DNA of 64,000 nt from Octopus vulgaris (lineage: Eukaryota): contig OX597836.1 of the NCBI GenBank assembly GCA_951406725.2, positions 6,572,001 to 6,636,000 on the forward strand, written 5' to 3'. Each line of letters opens with the position of its first letter. Positions within the stretch are counted from its first letter, which is position 1. Shown here one piece after another: positions 27,695-41,027 of this stretch. Made by a program: the position numbers and the translations under genes. The notes under the pieces were generated by a model. That model saw nothing but the letters and a program-made list of their open reading frames with translations. It ran no database searches and was not told the origin of the DNA.

Positions 27695-27900
27695 TATTAT
27701 TACTACTATTATTATTATTACTATTATTATTATTACTATTATTATTATTATTATTATTATTATTTTTATTACTGTCATTATTATTGTTATTGTTGTTATT
27801 ATTATTATTATTATTATTGTTGTTGTTGTTATTATTATTATTATTATTACTATTATTATTATTGTTATTATTATTATTATTATTGTTATTATTGTTATCA

Positions 27901-27937
<37 letters not shown>

Positions 27938-27939
27938 CA

Positions 27940-27991
<52 letters not shown>

Positions 27992-27993
27992 CA

Positions 27994-28039
<46 letters not shown>

Positions 28040-28041
28040 CA

Positions 28042-28072
<31 letters not shown>

Positions 28073-28233
28073 CATTACTATTATTATTATTATTATTTTT
28101 ATTACTGTCATTATTATTGTTATTGTTGTTATTATTATTATTATTATTATTGTTGTTGTTGTTATTATTATTATTATTATTACTATTATTATTATTGTTA
28201 TTATTATTATTATTATTGTTATTATTGTTATCA

Positions 28234-28267
<34 letters not shown>

Positions 28268-28269
28268 CA

Positions 28270-28351
<82 letters not shown>

Positions 28352-28393
28352 TATTATTACTACTATTATTATTATTACTATTATTATTATTAC

Positions 28394-28432
<39 letters not shown>

Positions 28433-28590
28433 CATTACTATTATTATTATTATTTTTATTACTGTCATTATTATTGTTATTGTTGTTATTATTATTATTA
28501 TTATTATTGTTGTTGTTGTTATTATTATTATTATTATTACTATTATTATTATTGTTATTATTATTATTATTATTGTTATTATTGTTATCA

Positions 28591-28624
<34 letters not shown>

Positions 28625-28626
28625 CA

Positions 28627-28675
<49 letters not shown>

Positions 28676-28677
28676 CA

Positions 28678-28723
<46 letters not shown>

Positions 28724-28725
28724 CA

Positions 28726-28759
<34 letters not shown>

Positions 28760-28878
28760 CATTACTATTATTATTATTATTTTTATTACTGTCATTATTA
28801 TTGTTATTGTTGTTATTATTATTATTATTATTATTGTTGTTGTTGTTATTATTATTATTATTATTACTATTATTATTA

Positions 28879-28958
<80 letters not shown>

Positions 28959-28985
28959 GTTATTATTGTTATTATTATCATTATT
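26765..28985. repeat. 2.2-kb (ATT)n array with higher-order units
   Basis: Marker ACTGTCATT recurs at 27771, 28104, 28461 and 28788. Confidence 0.95.
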
Positions 28986-29373
28986 AATTTTTATGCTCGT
29001 TGTTATTGAGGTTCCATATTTCTTTCGCTGCCATCCTTGCCATCCTCACCTTCCTCTTCACGTCAACTTCATAATCTCGTGCGTGTCACCGCTGTTGTTA
29101 CTTGTCATTCATGCTGCCATATTGCTTTATGGTGATAAGAAATTTTGATGACTCAACCGAGCATGCGCACTCCGATCCTACACGCAAACGAATCGAAATT
29201 CTATAATATCTCTTGCATCTCTTTTGTTTTTTGTTGTTCCCTCTTTCTTTCTTCTCTTTCGCTTATCTTTCCTTCTTTCGTTTATATATTTACTCGTTCT
29301 TCGTTTTACAACTTTCAAGACCGGATTACTTAATGAAACCGCGCTGCAAATTAAGACATTATTAACAAGCGTG

Positions 29374-29720
29374 AGGCGCAATGACCCAGAGGTTAGGGCA
29401 GCGGACTCGCGGTCGTAAGAACGCGGTTTCGATTCCGAGACAGGCGGTGAGCTGGCAGAAACGTTAGCACGCCGGACGAAAGGCCTAACGGTATTTTGTC
29501 TGCCGTTACGTTGTGAGTTCAAATTCCGCAGAGGTCGACTTTGCCTTTCATCCTTTCGGGGTCGATAAATTAAGTACCAGTTACGCATTGGGGCCGATGT
29601 AATCGACTAAATACCTATGTCTGTCCTTGTTTGTCCCCTCTGTGTTTAGCCCCTTGTGGGTAATAAAGAAATAGGTTTCGATTCCCAGACCGGGCATTCT
29701 GAGTATTTATTTAGCAAAAT
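29374..29720 (+). mobile_element. SINE family C head interrupted by a SINE family A copy (about 29443-29673)
   Basis: 17-bp duplication GGTTTCGATTCC(G/C)AGAC at 29425-29441 and 29674-29690 flanks the family A copy. Confidence 0.85.
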
Positions 29721-30139
29721 TCACCTCTTTCTTCCTACTCCTGCCACAAAGCAGAGGAACCATGGTGTAACCCACTATGGTGTGGTAAACTTTCAGACCC
29801 TAGTCTAGATTGCGATTCCTCTGTACCCCAGGATGGTTCAGCTCTCCACCCGTTAAAAGCCACCGTTTACGGAATGAGGATAACAACGTAGCTTTCGCCC
29901 GTGCAACCGCCAGTCTATCGCGTGTGGTGGGTGGATCTTCAAGTTGCCTTACGCATTCTTAGTAGCTTAGAGTAGGCTCGAATTAGAGATTATTCTTTGT
30001 GGATAATGGCGTGAGTCCTGATTGGAAGAAGAAGAAGAAGAAGAAGAAGAAGAAGAAGAAGAAGAAGAAGAAGAAGAAGAAGAAGAAGAAGAAGAAGAAG
30101 AAGAAGAAGACAACAACAACAGCAATAAAAGCAACATTA

Positions 30140-30344
30140 ATCCTTTCTACTATAGAAATCATTTTCAGGCGAGGAACAAGTCGATAATATGGACCCCAGT
30201 ACTAAACTGGTACTTATTTCATTGACCCCGAAAGGATGAAAGGCAAAATCGACCTCGGTGGAATTTGAACTCAGAACGTAGCGGCAAACAAAATACCGAT
30301 AAGCATGTTGCCCGGTGTGTTAACGATTCTGCCAGCTCGCCGCC

Positions 30345-30426
<82 letters not shown>

Positions 30427-30612
30427 GCCTATCTACAATAGGCTCAAGGCATGAAATTTTGGAGGAGGGGGGGTACTCGATTTGATCGACCACAATACAC
30501 AACTGATACTTAATTTATCGATCCCGAAATGATGGAAGGCAAAGTCGACCTCGGCGGAATTTGAACTCAGAACGTAGCGACGACCGAAATACCGCTAAGC
30601 ACTTCGTCCAGC
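30140..30612 (-). mobile_element. two SINE family A copies separated by (AAT)n
   Basis: About 30140-30345 and 30425-30612; reverse complements of family A. Confidence 0.85.
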
Positions 30613-30663
<51 letters not shown>

Positions 30664-31213
30664 GTAATAATAATAATAATAATAATAAAAATGCCCTAAA
30701 CAAACAAATATATAGTTTGACAGAATATCTACATCATATCCAACTCATATCCGCGTTCGTTGTTGTTTGTCTTTGGTAATGGTTCACAAGGATCGCTTTG
30801 TGTTCTATCCCCCCTCACGCACCCGCCCCGCCCCACCCCCTCGTCGCTACTCCAAGAGATTATCTGCCAGATTAAGTTCATAAAATCTTGGCCAACCAAT
30901 AAGCAATAACATTTGTGTAATCTGTGGACAGTAAGAGAGAGATTCTAGTGCCATTCTGTTTGCAGACAACGAATTGATTGAGAGTTCTTACATGTCAATT
31001 GAAAGATTTCTGTTGTTGTGGTTGTTGTTGGTGGTGGTGTTGTTGCTTAGTTCTTCGTTGCACGCGCGGAATAAAAAAAATGGACAAAAGAAAGAAAAGG
31101 AAAAAAAAAGGCAACAAAAGAAAAAATGAAAGTTATCATCTTCATCCGAAAATTCGCTCGATTGTCACAGATACTCTGAATACACACACACACACACACA
31201 CACACAATTTACA

Positions 31214-31314
<101 letters not shown>

Positions 31315-31357
31315 CATACATATATATATATATATGCATATATATACTTACATAAAC

Positions 31358-31389
<32 letters not shown>

Positions 31390-31504
31390 ATGTATGTATG
31401 TATATATGTAAGTATACATATGCACATATATATATATGTATGTATATATGTAAGTATATATATGCACATATATATATGTATGTATATATGTAAGTATATA
31501 TATG

Positions 31505-31569
<65 letters not shown>

Positions 31570-32269
31570 CACAGATATATGTGTGTGTGTTCGGGCGCAC
31601 GTCCTCGTGTCCTTCAACTCGCTTCTTCTTTTGTTCGCTGTCCAAGTGAAAGTGTAAATATTATGATAAATCCAACTTTCTGTCGAGTATCTTTGCCGTT
31701 CGTGTTTGCTGTGATTCTTGCTCAAACACAAGTTATGTTATTAAGCCAAAGTTCAAGAATGGAAACCTTAGATTAAAGCGTTTCTCTGATTACCAGCTAT
31801 TCAGTGAGTATCATTATCTAGTACTCTCTTTACCCAAAAGAATCATAGATACATACATACATATATATATGTGTGTATATATATACATACAATGGACGCA
31901 ATCTAGATTTTTATAAGAACGGTGATAGCGATGCTGTTTGTACACACGTCTTGAAGAAGGATTCCATACTAAACGTATATTGTATTGTCTGATGGACACA
32001 AAGTCTCATATATTCGTGAAGGAGGGATATAGGGTGTTGAGGGTGAATGGGCCCTCGATATAGGACAGGTACTTAACAACACTGAGAAAAAACAGGAAAT
32101 GATAATCCTGATTGTTATGTTGCTTATAAACGTTGTCGAGATCGATTCCACTGTGTCGTGTCTTTTTGGGTGGTTAAGCCCCCGAGGAGCGTGGGGAGGG
32201 TTTTTCAGGGAAGCGGGGAGATCAAAAGCATTGTGAACTGAATATGAAAGACGGGAACTCTGAGGAAGA

Positions 32270-32580
32270 GCGTAGAGCTGACTGTGTTTGGTACCACACT
32301 CTGAGTTCAATTACCGCCGAGGTCAACGTTGAATTTCAGCGTATGAGGGTCGATAGAACGTTCATGAAGAGAACGTTGAACCGGGTGCTTTGTATTTATT
32401 TCGGATCTCTGAGTATTGCGTTCAAATCCTGCTGAGGTCAACTTTGCATTTCATCCTTTGAGGCCGATTAAATAAAGAGTACTTCTTCAAGGCGGTGGAT
32501 GGGCGGATCTGTAAAAGCGTTGAACCGGATGTCTTAACGATTTTTGTTCCGGATCATTGCCTTCTGCATTCACATCCTGA
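32270..32580 (+). mobile_element. clustered old family-A-like SINE fragments
   Basis: GAGTTCAATTACCGCCGAGGTCAAC and GTTCAAATCCTGCTGAGGTCAACTTTGCATTTCATCCTTT. Confidence 0.55.
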
Positions 32581-32750
32581 TGTGACCTATTTAGACGGTT
32601 GACTAAATCTGTCACCCGGTTTAGCACCACCCCTTGATACGAGTACATTGGTTGTCTTTAGCAAAATTACCCCTTTGAAACTGGGGCTAAATGGAGTGAT
32701 GATGGAAACTCTATTCATTAGGTCCCCAGTTTCGAATAGGAGAATTACCT

Positions 32751-33035
32751 GTAGATATATAAGTTATCAGAGAATACTCAATAAGCAGACCCGAACAAAA
32801 TCACGGGTTGTTTTGGTGAGGCATAGCACCCGTTAGCCACACTGCCAGAGTCACGATGAAATCCTGAAGACCCTAAAATAGCAGAAATGCCCGTAGATAT
32901 ACAGGTTACCTGTGAAAACTCAAGAAGCCGTCTCGGACAAAGTCACGGGTTGCCCCTTGGTAAGGCATAGTACCTGTTAGTTATCCTGCCAAGGTAACAG
33001 GGAAATTCTGAAGCCCTGAAAAGAGTGAAAATGCC
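32751..33035. repeat. diverged tandem duplication, period about 142 bp
   Basis: GTAGATAT at 32751 and 32893; TCACGGGTTG, AGGCATAG.ACC.GTTAG, CTGAAG and AAATGCC are each repeated in order. Confidence 0.75.
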
Positions 33036-33212
33036 ACTACCATTTGAAAATAGGATGGTAGTAGGGAATGAAATTCAAAGCATCAAAATTACTTTGTCAT
33101 TGGAATTGTTCCCACATCTCAGAACAAATAAGACTTTTATGAATCTTAGGGTAAGAAATCCGTCAATTTGACTGACGCTCCAATCACCTTAAGGACCTGC
33201 GACTATAGACGA

Positions 33213-33450
33213 GAATTATTTACATTATTTACATTTGAAGGATATTTCTCCTCATCTTGTTTGTTGTTAACACTATGTTTCGGCTGATGTACTCTTTAGC
33301 CTTCATCAGATGTTCTCATTCCTAAGATATTTTTCTATGTTGTTATTATTATTATTATTATTATTGTTATTATTATTATTATTATTATCATTCAGGTCAC
33401 TGCCTGGAATCGAACTCGGTATCTTGATGTTAGTAGCCCGCGCTCTTAAA
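33213..33450 (-). mobile_element. tRNA-headed SINE-like element with internal (AAT)n and a hammerhead-like motif
   Basis: Minus strand: tRNA-like head with GAGTTCGATTCC (33391-33450), (AAT)n, short body, aacat-CTGATGA-a-GGCT...AGCC-GAAAC-ATA-gtgtt (33268-33314), then an AATGTAAA repeat tail. Confidence 0.65.
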
Positions 33451-33507
33451 TGGTTTAAGAGCACGGGCTACTAACCCCAAGATTCCGAGTTCGACTCCAG
33501 GCAGTGA

Positions 33508-33513
<6 letters not shown>
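33391..33513. repeat. inverted repeat, 60-bp arms, 3-nt loop, 5 mismatches
   Basis: Arms 33391-33450 and 33454-33513, extended by flanking (ATT)n and (AAT)n. Confidence 0.95.
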
Positions 33514-33594
<81 letters not shown>

Positions 33595-34599
33595 GAAGAA
33601 GAAGAAGAAGAAGAAGAAGAGGGGAAGGAGGAGGAGGAGGAAGTGAAAAGAAGGAGGTGAAAAGAAGGAGGTGAAAAGAAGGAGGAGGCGGAGGAAGAGA
33701 GTGAGGAGCGGAAGAGTAAAAATAGGAAGAGGAAGAGGAGAAGGAGAAGGGGGCGTAGGAGAAGGAGGAGTAGGAGGAGAAAGATGATGATAATATAAGA
33801 TTATTGATTGCACTGCTATTGCTGCTGCTGCTGGTGATGATGATGATGATGATGATGATGATAGCTATGAAGTGGATGATGATATTTGTTGTGCTGCTGC
33901 TATTTCTGTTATAGCTGATGATGACGATGATGATGGTGATGGCGACGAAGACGAATATGGTGTTGGCAATTATGGCGATGAAAAGCTATTTTTAAGTAAT
34001 TCACGATAAATAAATAAATAAATAAATACATAAAAAATCCAACGATGTGTTAAAATAAAATAAAATGAAATAAACAGAAAACAAAAATGAGCAAAGTGGA
34101 ATCACTTAAATCAACTAATGGCATGGATTAAGATGAATCAAGTGAATGTTAATGCACAGAACGACGTATTCAGTTCGTCACTTTGTTGGAGCAGGAGGCA
34201 AAAACATTCAGGACAATAAAAATTAAAATTTCTAGAAATTCAGAGACGTGCTTATGTACATCCATTCTTAACACGTTTTTGCATACTTTAACGCAAACAT
34301 GGCTTTCCGCTGTTGGTTTTCGTCTGAAGAACGACTTCTCCCTATAGACACTGTGTGTTATCACATGCGAGTACATACATGCATACAGACAGACACACAG
34401 ACAGACAGACAGATAGACATGAATACAAGGGCATGCACATATTCAGATACGTGTGATCACACTCACATATACATAAATACATTTACACGCATATATGGAT
34501 ACACACACACGCACAATGCTCTGAATGACGTAAGCAAACACCCAGACACCTATGTTTCGATATGATTTTAACTCCTCAGTAAGCTAATGTATATGCATA

Positions 34600-34842
34600 C
34601 AATAATCTATCGATTATCGCAGGTGTTACGTTCCAAGCCCCTCCCCGAGATAGGTGAAAATCCGTGGAGTAGAAGGAAATATACTGTACTGTATATTTTC
34701 TTATTAGAATTTCTATAATTTGTATATATTTGTTTTATTATGAATGTAAAGCAACACATCAGAGGAATCGACATAAGCTTACATAACAAACCGCGAGAGG
34801 GGAACCGCGAGAGGTGAACCGCGATAAAGTGAAGGGTTACTG
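34600..34842. mobile_element. Tigger/pogo-like MITE
   Basis: TA|CAATAATCTATCGATTATCGCAGG ... CCGCGATAAAGTGAAGGGTTACTG|TA diverged TIRs; subterminal AACCGCGA repeats. Confidence 0.65.
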
Positions 34843-35411
34843 TATATGTGCATGGATTTGTGTATATGCTCTCGTGTTTGTTAAAATATTTATAACTATA
34901 GCCATGCACGCAAATATGATGATTGCTCAATCTTCACAAATGATTGCCGTCCCCTTGTGCTTCCTCGTTGCTAATGGCATTTCTGACTTTCTATCCATGA
35001 CTTCCCAGATTAAAATTCAGTTCCGTTACAGATCGCAATTATTATTAGTATAGGTGACAGAATAGACGAAAGTTGTAACTTACTGTATCACTTCCAAATT
35101 GTTAGGTCTACACACACTGCCACACTTCCCTCGCCATACGATTTTTGGTTGATGTGTCCACAAATGAAGTCATCCTGAAGAGACATCTGTACGTCCTTGG
35201 ATTATAGCAAAAAGCGCTTGTACAACACGAGTACCACTCTCTGAGTGTCTGTGGAGAGTACCCTAGGGAACATAGACAAACACACTGAGATAAATATAGA
35301 AACACACACATTTATTAAGGCAAACATACATGCATACTTACATTTCTGTATGTGTATGTGTCTCTGTGTGTGTGTATATGTGCGTGTGTATCTCTCTATA
35401 TATATATGTGT

Positions 35412-35634
35412 GGTGAGCTGGCAGAATCGTTAGCACGCCCGGCGTAGTACTTAGCGGTATTTCGTCTGCCGTTACGTTCTGAGTTCAAAATTTCGCCGAG
35501 GTCGACTTTGCCTTTCATCCTTTCGGGTCGATTAAATAAGTACCAGTTACGCACTGGGGTCGATGTAATCGACTTAATCCTTTTGTTCTTATCTGTCCTT
35601 TCAATGTTTAGCCCCCTGTGGGCAATAAAGAAAT
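35412..35634 (+). mobile_element. SINE family A, full length
   Basis: Homologous to 362-598 and 29443-29673. Confidence 0.9.
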
Positions 35635-35644
35635 ATATATGTGG

Positions 35645-35732
<88 letters not shown>

Positions 35733-36141
35733 CGTGCGTATGCTGTATGTTTGTGCCGACTAAAAACTCTGAATAAAACATGTAACCCATAACCTAGTCA
35801 CGGGTCATTTCCTTCATGTTTGGTGTATGCGTGCATGTATGCATGCATGTGTGGACACATGTTGGTCTGTTTGTATGCGTATATATTAACGTAAATATCT
35901 GTGTGTGTATGCATGTGTATATTTGTAGATGCTCATGCTTTTGAATAGCTATGAATGTGTATGTAGCTGAGAAAGAATATGTATATGTGTGTGTGTGGTG
36001 TACATGTGTGTGTGTATGTGTATGCCTGTGTGCTCGGCTGAACGAGTGATATGCATATATGTGTGTATATGCGAATACACCTGTGTATAAATGTGTATGC
36101 ATGCATATATATATATATATAGATGTATAGATATATGTATG

Positions 36142-36176
<35 letters not shown>

Positions 36177-36393
36177 ATATATATATATGTGTGTGTGTTT
36201 CCATATAAATATACATGCATCTATCTACTTATCTATGTATCTATATACATATATATACATACATATGTGCATATATGTATATATATGCACATATATATAT
36301 ATATGTATACCTATATATAGATATGTATATATATGAATATATATGTATATATATACGTACATATATACATACATATATATATATGTATATCTG

Positions 36394-36462
<69 letters not shown>

Positions 36463-36662
36463 GGGGGTGTATGTGTATAAAAGTATATATCTCCGAATAA
36501 GTGAGAATAAATGAGTATGCAAGTCTCTGAGTAGGTATGTAGCAATGCTTGGGCATGTATGTATACCTATGTATCTGTATGTGTTCATTTAGGAAATGGC
36601 TACCTGGGAATACGTGTGTATAAGGCACATAAATGCTTGGGCGCGCGTGTATGTAGTTATAC

Positions 36663-36694
<32 letters not shown>

Positions 36695-37521
36695 GTACCA
36701 ACATATGTGCATGTGTGTGCGTATGCGTGTGTGGTTCTGAGTCCTTTTACAAATGATTAGGTGATTGTGTGTATGTATGTATGCTTACATGAATGTGTAT
36801 ATGTATATGCATGTATATACATATATATGTGTATGTATATGTGTTCGAGTGTTTCTATCAATGTGTATACATATGTATATATATATATACATATATATAT
36901 ATACACATATATATATATATGTACACATGTATGTGCCTCCGTCTGTGACAATGATTGTATGTGTAGTTAAGTGTGTCTTTGTGTGTGCAAGCGTACGTAT
37001 GTAAGTATATATGTGCGTCTGTCTGCATTTAGCAAATGGCTACCTGGGTGGTAAACAACGTTCCGGGCTATAAAATCTATTGATATATATCTCTTTTATG
37101 TCTTTTTATTTCTCTTCTACGGGTATGTGTATATGCCTGGGTATGTGTTTCCGTATACGTATACAAGACTATGTGTGCGTGCGTACACTCTATGTTTCTA
37201 TAATGACGTCTGTATCTGTAGGTATGTGTGTGTTTGTCCTTGCATGCATGTTTGTATCTGATTGTGATGTATACGTGCGTTCCATATCTTGACTTGTTTA
37301 TGAGTTATATGGTGTGTTTTAATTTGTTTTCCCCTTAATTATCTCATCTCGACCTTTTAAATCGTCATCTTCCCCGTCACTTTTTACCTCTCCCGTCATC
37401 GTCAGCCTCAGTTTCAGTTTGTACAGTGACGTCACCTTCTGCCACTAATTCTGTCGTTTCCTCTTCAAGATTCATCTTTCATTTTCAAGAGCTTCAAAAC
37501 TGGAGCAAAAGAATATACTTC

Positions 37522-37622
<101 letters not shown>

Positions 37623-37732
37623 TATAAGGCGCAGGTCACGGAGACGTAATTACACCGGCATCGGTCGTAACAATGTTGAGGAGACAAACACTGTCATACA
37701 CACCCACACACACATATATATATTTGTAGATA

Positions 37733-37893
37733 ACGGGCTTCTTTTAGTTTCCGTCTCCCAAATCCAGTCACAAGGCTTTGGTCGGCCCGAGGCTATAGTA
37801 GAAGATACTCGCCCAAGGTGCCACGCAGCGGCACTGGACCCGGAACCATGTGGTTGGTATGCAAGGTTCTTACCACACAGCCACTCCTGCGCC
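37733..37893 (-). mobile_element. SINE family B 5' half
   Basis: Homologous to 11570-11730. Confidence 0.85.
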
Positions 37894-37899
37894 TAAGTT

Positions 37900-37938
<39 letters not shown>

Positions 37939-38444
37939 ATGTGTACACATACATACATACGTATGTATGTATGTGTGTGTAAGTATATATGTGCGTATTT
38001 ATACATATATATTTATATACAAGTATTTACACACACACACACACACACACGCACGCACATAGATATGTATGCATACGGGATAACCGATAAAGGAAGGGAG
38101 AGAGAGAGAGAGAGAGAGAGAGAAGAGAGAGAGAACGAAAGGAAGATTTAAGGAAAGGGGCGAAGAAGGCGGGAAAATATATTGATCTCTGAGAGCGCGT
38201 TCCAGACTTGAATGCCTCATGTTTAAATATATATTACCAACCATGTCATGTTCGCGGAGTCAGTCGTGTTTTTTTTCCGGATCTTTTCCTGAGAATTAAT
38301 TATTAATATCTAAATGTTTTTCTCACCTAGATCACCGTAAATGAGATGAGTGTATATGGGTGTAATCACTTTATGTGAGAGTGTATGCATGACAGTGTAT
38401 ACGCTTGCGAATACAAGTGCATAAGCACTCAATATGTCAATCTG

Positions 38445-38504
<60 letters not shown>

Positions 38505-38512
38505 CTATCCAT

Positions 38513-38556
<44 letters not shown>

Positions 38557-38574
38557 TTATCTATCTATCTACAA

Positions 38575-38619
<45 letters not shown>

Positions 38620-38899
38620 CATATACGTATACACAGATACATATCTACATATACACATACATACACACGTACGCATGCATGCACGCATATGTACACATGT
38701 ACACACACACATACACACACACACACATCACATCACATATATACGTATATATATATATGCTTTCGGTGCGGATAGAAAAACCTTCTTTTTTTCTGTCGAG
38801 GGCTTATATGCCCCTTTATTAGACTATTTTCCTTAGTCATTGCACGGTGATCGCCATAAGCTTTAAGCTTATATAAAAATGCTATTATATATATATGTA

Positions 38900-38951
<52 letters not shown>

Positions 38952-39125
38952 TGTGTGTGTGTGTGTGTGTATAGTGTACATAGGTACGAGCGAGAAGTTT
39001 TAAACGGCACTCAGTGCTAAGCGGCGATAGCTATTTATGGTTACTACAGCTGGTACCCACACTTAATTATATATAGATACATACATACATATATATTACA
39101 TATTTATATGTGTGTGTATACACAT

Positions 39126-39181
<56 letters not shown>

Positions 39182-39758
39182 TTACACATATTTATGTAAG
39201 TATGTATGCATACATATATATATATGTACATACATACATGCATGCAAACATACTTACATATATAGTGTGTGTGTATGTGCATAAATATATATGTGTGTAT
39301 ATGTATGCATGTATGTATGTATGTGTGTACGTATGTATGTACGTATGTATGTATGTTATTCAAACTATTGAATGAGGCATTAATAAGGTCATGAGAAAAA
39401 TATAGATGAACGAAGTCCTGAATCAATCCACGTATTGACCAGAATCTGCGACACGTTGCAGAAATGTCTCGGTCCATTTGCCAAGTGGACAAATGGACAA
39501 TGTGAGATTGTAAACGCAAATCTTCTTCAATAAGTGGGTCGTTCATTACAATAGACACAGACACACACATACACAAAAGTACACACAAAGCTCCTCTTAC
39601 AGATCAGGCTATCAGACCACACAGAAATGAGATACAAAGAAGTGTAATGTTGAATATCCTTGTCACTGAAAACTCCCGAAAACCCGATCGGTGAATTAGC
39701 TTTCTTATTTTCTTTAATTTGTGAATACGCAGATTTTTAACTAGAAGTATACATCTTC

Positions 39759-39955
39759 GGCGCAGTCGTTTCTGTGCGGTAAGAAGCTTGCTTCCCAACC
39801 ACATGTTACCGATTTCAGTCCCACGGCGTGGCACCTTGGCCAAGTGTCTACTGTTATAGCCTCGGGTCGATCAAAGCCTTGTGAGTAGATTTGGTGGACG
39901 GTGCTCCAGCATGGCTGTAGTCAAATGACTGTAACAAATAAAAGAATTAAAGAAT
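39759..39955 (+). mobile_element. SINE family B with internal deletion
   Basis: 5' half is joined directly to GGTGCTCCAGCATGGC...GTCAAATGACTG; the microsatellite and middle are missing. Confidence 0.8.
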
Positions 39956-40158
39956 GTTAGTGCAAACATGAACGCATAATTCCCTCCATTCTGAAATGAA
40001 TACCATATGAATTAAGTTGCGAAACGGCTGTAATCCTACGGGCTGTCACGTGGTTAAATAAGCATATATTCACTTCTCTGACCTCCTGACTTCTCGACTG
40101 CATATGTAAATACACACAGGCACATACAACCCCCCCCACTCACACACACACTCACACA

Positions 40159-40439
40159 CAGTGGCAGACTATGTCTAAAAATATTGGTTGCCAGGAGACT
40201 AGGGGGTGGGGACCACCCGTAACCACAAAGCTATCATTTAATTTTTGTTTGTTTGCTTGTTCGTTAAAAATATTCTTTTCAACTGTCTACAAACACAGCC
40301 TGGCTGAAATAATTCATGCATTCTTCTAGGAGTGAATAAAAAATTCTCAAACTTATGGGTATAAGCCCCTTAGATACTAACACGGGACCCCATATACGGA
40401 TTCTAATAGCGCAGGGGCCCACTGATCAGTCCGCCACTG
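40159..40439. mobile_element. hAT-like MITE
   Basis: TIRs CAGTGGCAGACT / AGTCCGCCACTG (11 of 12 match); flanks CTCACACA / CATACACA may be a decayed 8-bp TSD. Confidence 0.6.
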
Positions 40440-40638
40440 CATACACACATACATACCTACATGCATATCTATGTCCATCCATATGTGTATATGCATGTAC
40501 AGTTGTATATATATGCGTGTGCGCGTTTGTTTATTTATTCCGAAAGCAATTTTATTTGCGCTTTACTTAAAGGTTTATCGCTTCTGTCATATTTCTATAT
40601 TTTTCCTGTGCATATTATTTTAATATTCTATTCTTTTA

Positions 40639-41027
40639 TTCTTTTACTTGTTTCAGTCTTTTGACAGCGGCTATGCTGGAGCACCGCCTTAAAGGGTTTT
40701 GCTTCTAGGGGACGGTATCAACCGCAGGAATTGTTCTTTGTTCACCCAGCACTCATTCTACCGCTAATTTACGGGGACGTAAACACGCCCACATCGGTTG
40801 TCAAGTTATGGTGGTAGGACAAACGCAGACACAAAGACACACAAACACACACACACACATAAAAAATATATATATACGGGCTTCTTTCAGTTTCCATCCA
40901 CTGAATCCACTCACAAGGCTTTGGTCGACCCGAAGCTATAGTAATAGATACTTGCCCAAAGTGCCACGCATTGGGACTGAACCTAGAACCATGTGGGTGG
41001 GAAGCACGATTCCTACCACACAGCCGT
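40639..41027 (-). mobile_element. SINE family B (diverged, near full length)
   Basis: Homologous to 11331-11730. Confidence 0.85.

Noticed and set aside
26700-29148. 769-, 757- and 454-aa poly-Ile/poly-Leu ORFs
   Set aside because: Stop-free frames of (ATT)n; no coding complexity.
33451-33510. Possible functional tRNA gene
   Set aside because: 5' acceptor strand is missing, no T-run terminator, and it is embedded in a repeat; treated as a tRNA-derived head.
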